Shown here piece by piece: positions 62,501 through 64,000 of a stretch of 64,000 bases of DNA; position 1 is the stretch's first letter, and each line of letters begins with the position of its first letter. The translations under genes were made by a program, and so were the position numbers. The notes below the pieces were generated by a model, which saw only the letters and a list, made by a program, of their open reading frames with translations, did no database searches and was not told where the DNA came from. The stretch is from Antedon mediterranea (lineage: Eukaryota; Animalia; Echinodermata): contig NC_092674.1 in assembly GCF_964355755.1 (NCBI RefSeq), positions 18,662,001 through 18,726,000 of the forward strand, read 5' to 3'.

Positions 62501-63869
62501 TCTTGGAGTGTAATTGTGAACCCACAAATTTTTTCACCATTCTTTCAAATTACAATGACGTCTACTTTTCAAAGAAGAACACAAATTTAAAAATGTTCAA
62601 ATTCGTAGTAATAATAATAATGTCCGTATCGTGGTCAATTCTGGACCATCGTTAGTGAATTTGTTAAAGGACACCCCTAGCATTTGTTGCGTTCAATGCG
62701 AACGTCAAGGAAGTCCCTTGATGAAGGTACTTCCGATACCGTAAGCGACATCGTTTTCATATTGATTATTATATTCATATTCATTTATTATCCAGAAAAA
62801 TAAAACAATAATACAAAAAGCATAAATTACATAGAACAAAAACAAGCAGAGAAAAACGTAGGACACTATCCTGGCGGATTGTCACGGATTGTCAAAAAGC
62901 AAAAATATCGCTATAAAAGACTCTCCTGATAGTGCAAATTGAATTTATTTTATTTAAATGACAGTTTTCCGTTTCTATTTTGATAGACACGTGCGAACTG
63001 AGACTGAGAGTGCGTCGGACTGTCGCCCAAGGAGGTATAAAACTTATATGAATCTCTTGAGCAACGAAATAGCTAAATTACCTCAACACACTCCACTGCG
63101 ACATGAATACCACTTATTTCGCATCGTGATATTCTACAAAATACTTGATTTTCATGTTCCCACCTATATCTCGGCTATTATAAATCGGATTCTTTTGGAT
63201 AGTAGCTCAAAATAAACTGTAGATAATACTGAACATTATGATATATGTTTGAAATTGTAAAGTTACAAAAAGTATGTGTCATTTTACGTTTTAAAACTCA
63301 CCATCCATTGCCCGCTGACAGTGTGAGTTCAATTTTTTAGCTATTTTCACCACAGTGTTTTATTTGCAATTTAAGATCACTTGTATGTCATCAATCATTT
63401 TGGATAATTTCTTAAAAGAAAGCTGAATCTTCAGATTCCTTACATACTTTTCTTATGAGCATTGGCTTAAAACAGACTGTGTCAAATAACAAAATCTATT
63501 TTGAAAAAAATATAAAAAATTCTCAAAAACGCGGCACAATTCAAATAGGGTTTGCCTGTGTTCACTTGACAGACCGTTGGATTGTAGCTAAGTTTGGAGT
63601 TAATTTTTCATTATATAATTGTAAATAGCATTTGAATTTTTATATCATTCTAATGTTTGATATATAAGGAACAATTATTAGGTGTTGTTTAGTTCTATAT
63701 GTCGTGTTTTATATTCACAATAACCAAATTAAGATACCTATGTTTGAATGCTAGCGAGCTGGGATCTACCATTTATCACTCGGGTAATGGTTATGTTTAT
63801 CTTTCTGTGACCTGTTTAATGCATAGATGGTAATTATTACAAAGAAAGAAAAGAGTGGTTCAAGTACCT

Positions 63870-64000
63870 GGAACTTGTACGAGAGCTGCTCAATTCACGA
63901 AAACCTACCCACAAAAATTAAATTCAAATTCTGCAAATTCATCACTTATATTTTGTTTGCTAAATGCTCGTTCATTGCGTAACAAAAGTGATGAATTCAC
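63870..64000 (+). mobile_element. Start of LINE ORF2 APE domain, truncated by window end
   Basis: Translates as FCLLNARSLRNKSDEF, the first APE motif. Confidence 0.55.

Overview
AT-rich, repeat-dense metazoan DNA with spliceosomal introns. An invertebrate deuterostome such as an echinoderm is plausible, but this is inference. Two convergent multi-exon genes can be assembled by hand with consistent splice phases. The first is a + strand RNI-like leucine-rich-repeat protein with three poly-Lys tracts (10 coding exons, 16555-25489, ~416 aa). The second is a - strand RFX winged-helix transcription factor of the RFX4/6/8 group with RFX8-like DBD signatures (15 coding exons, 55771-27572, ~916 aa, one probable GC-AG intron). 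The rest is transposable elements and tandem repeats: Academ-type TAG..CTA elements, Helentron-type HINEs, mariner/pogo- and MULE-like MITEs, a Sola1-like relic, CR1/L2 relics, Nin/Deu-domain SINEs and a Penelope-like fragment with hammerhead-like pLTRs. The most unusual items are a 71-bp minisatellite built from the reverse-transcriptase SGVPQGS motif, a 5S-tRNA-CORE chimeric SINE-like element, a TGT..ACA foldback element whose 5-bp TSD duplicates a splice donor, and a quasi-palindromic Academ element. All family assignments come from motif recognition by eye; no database searches were run. I see no intact novel multi-gene system.
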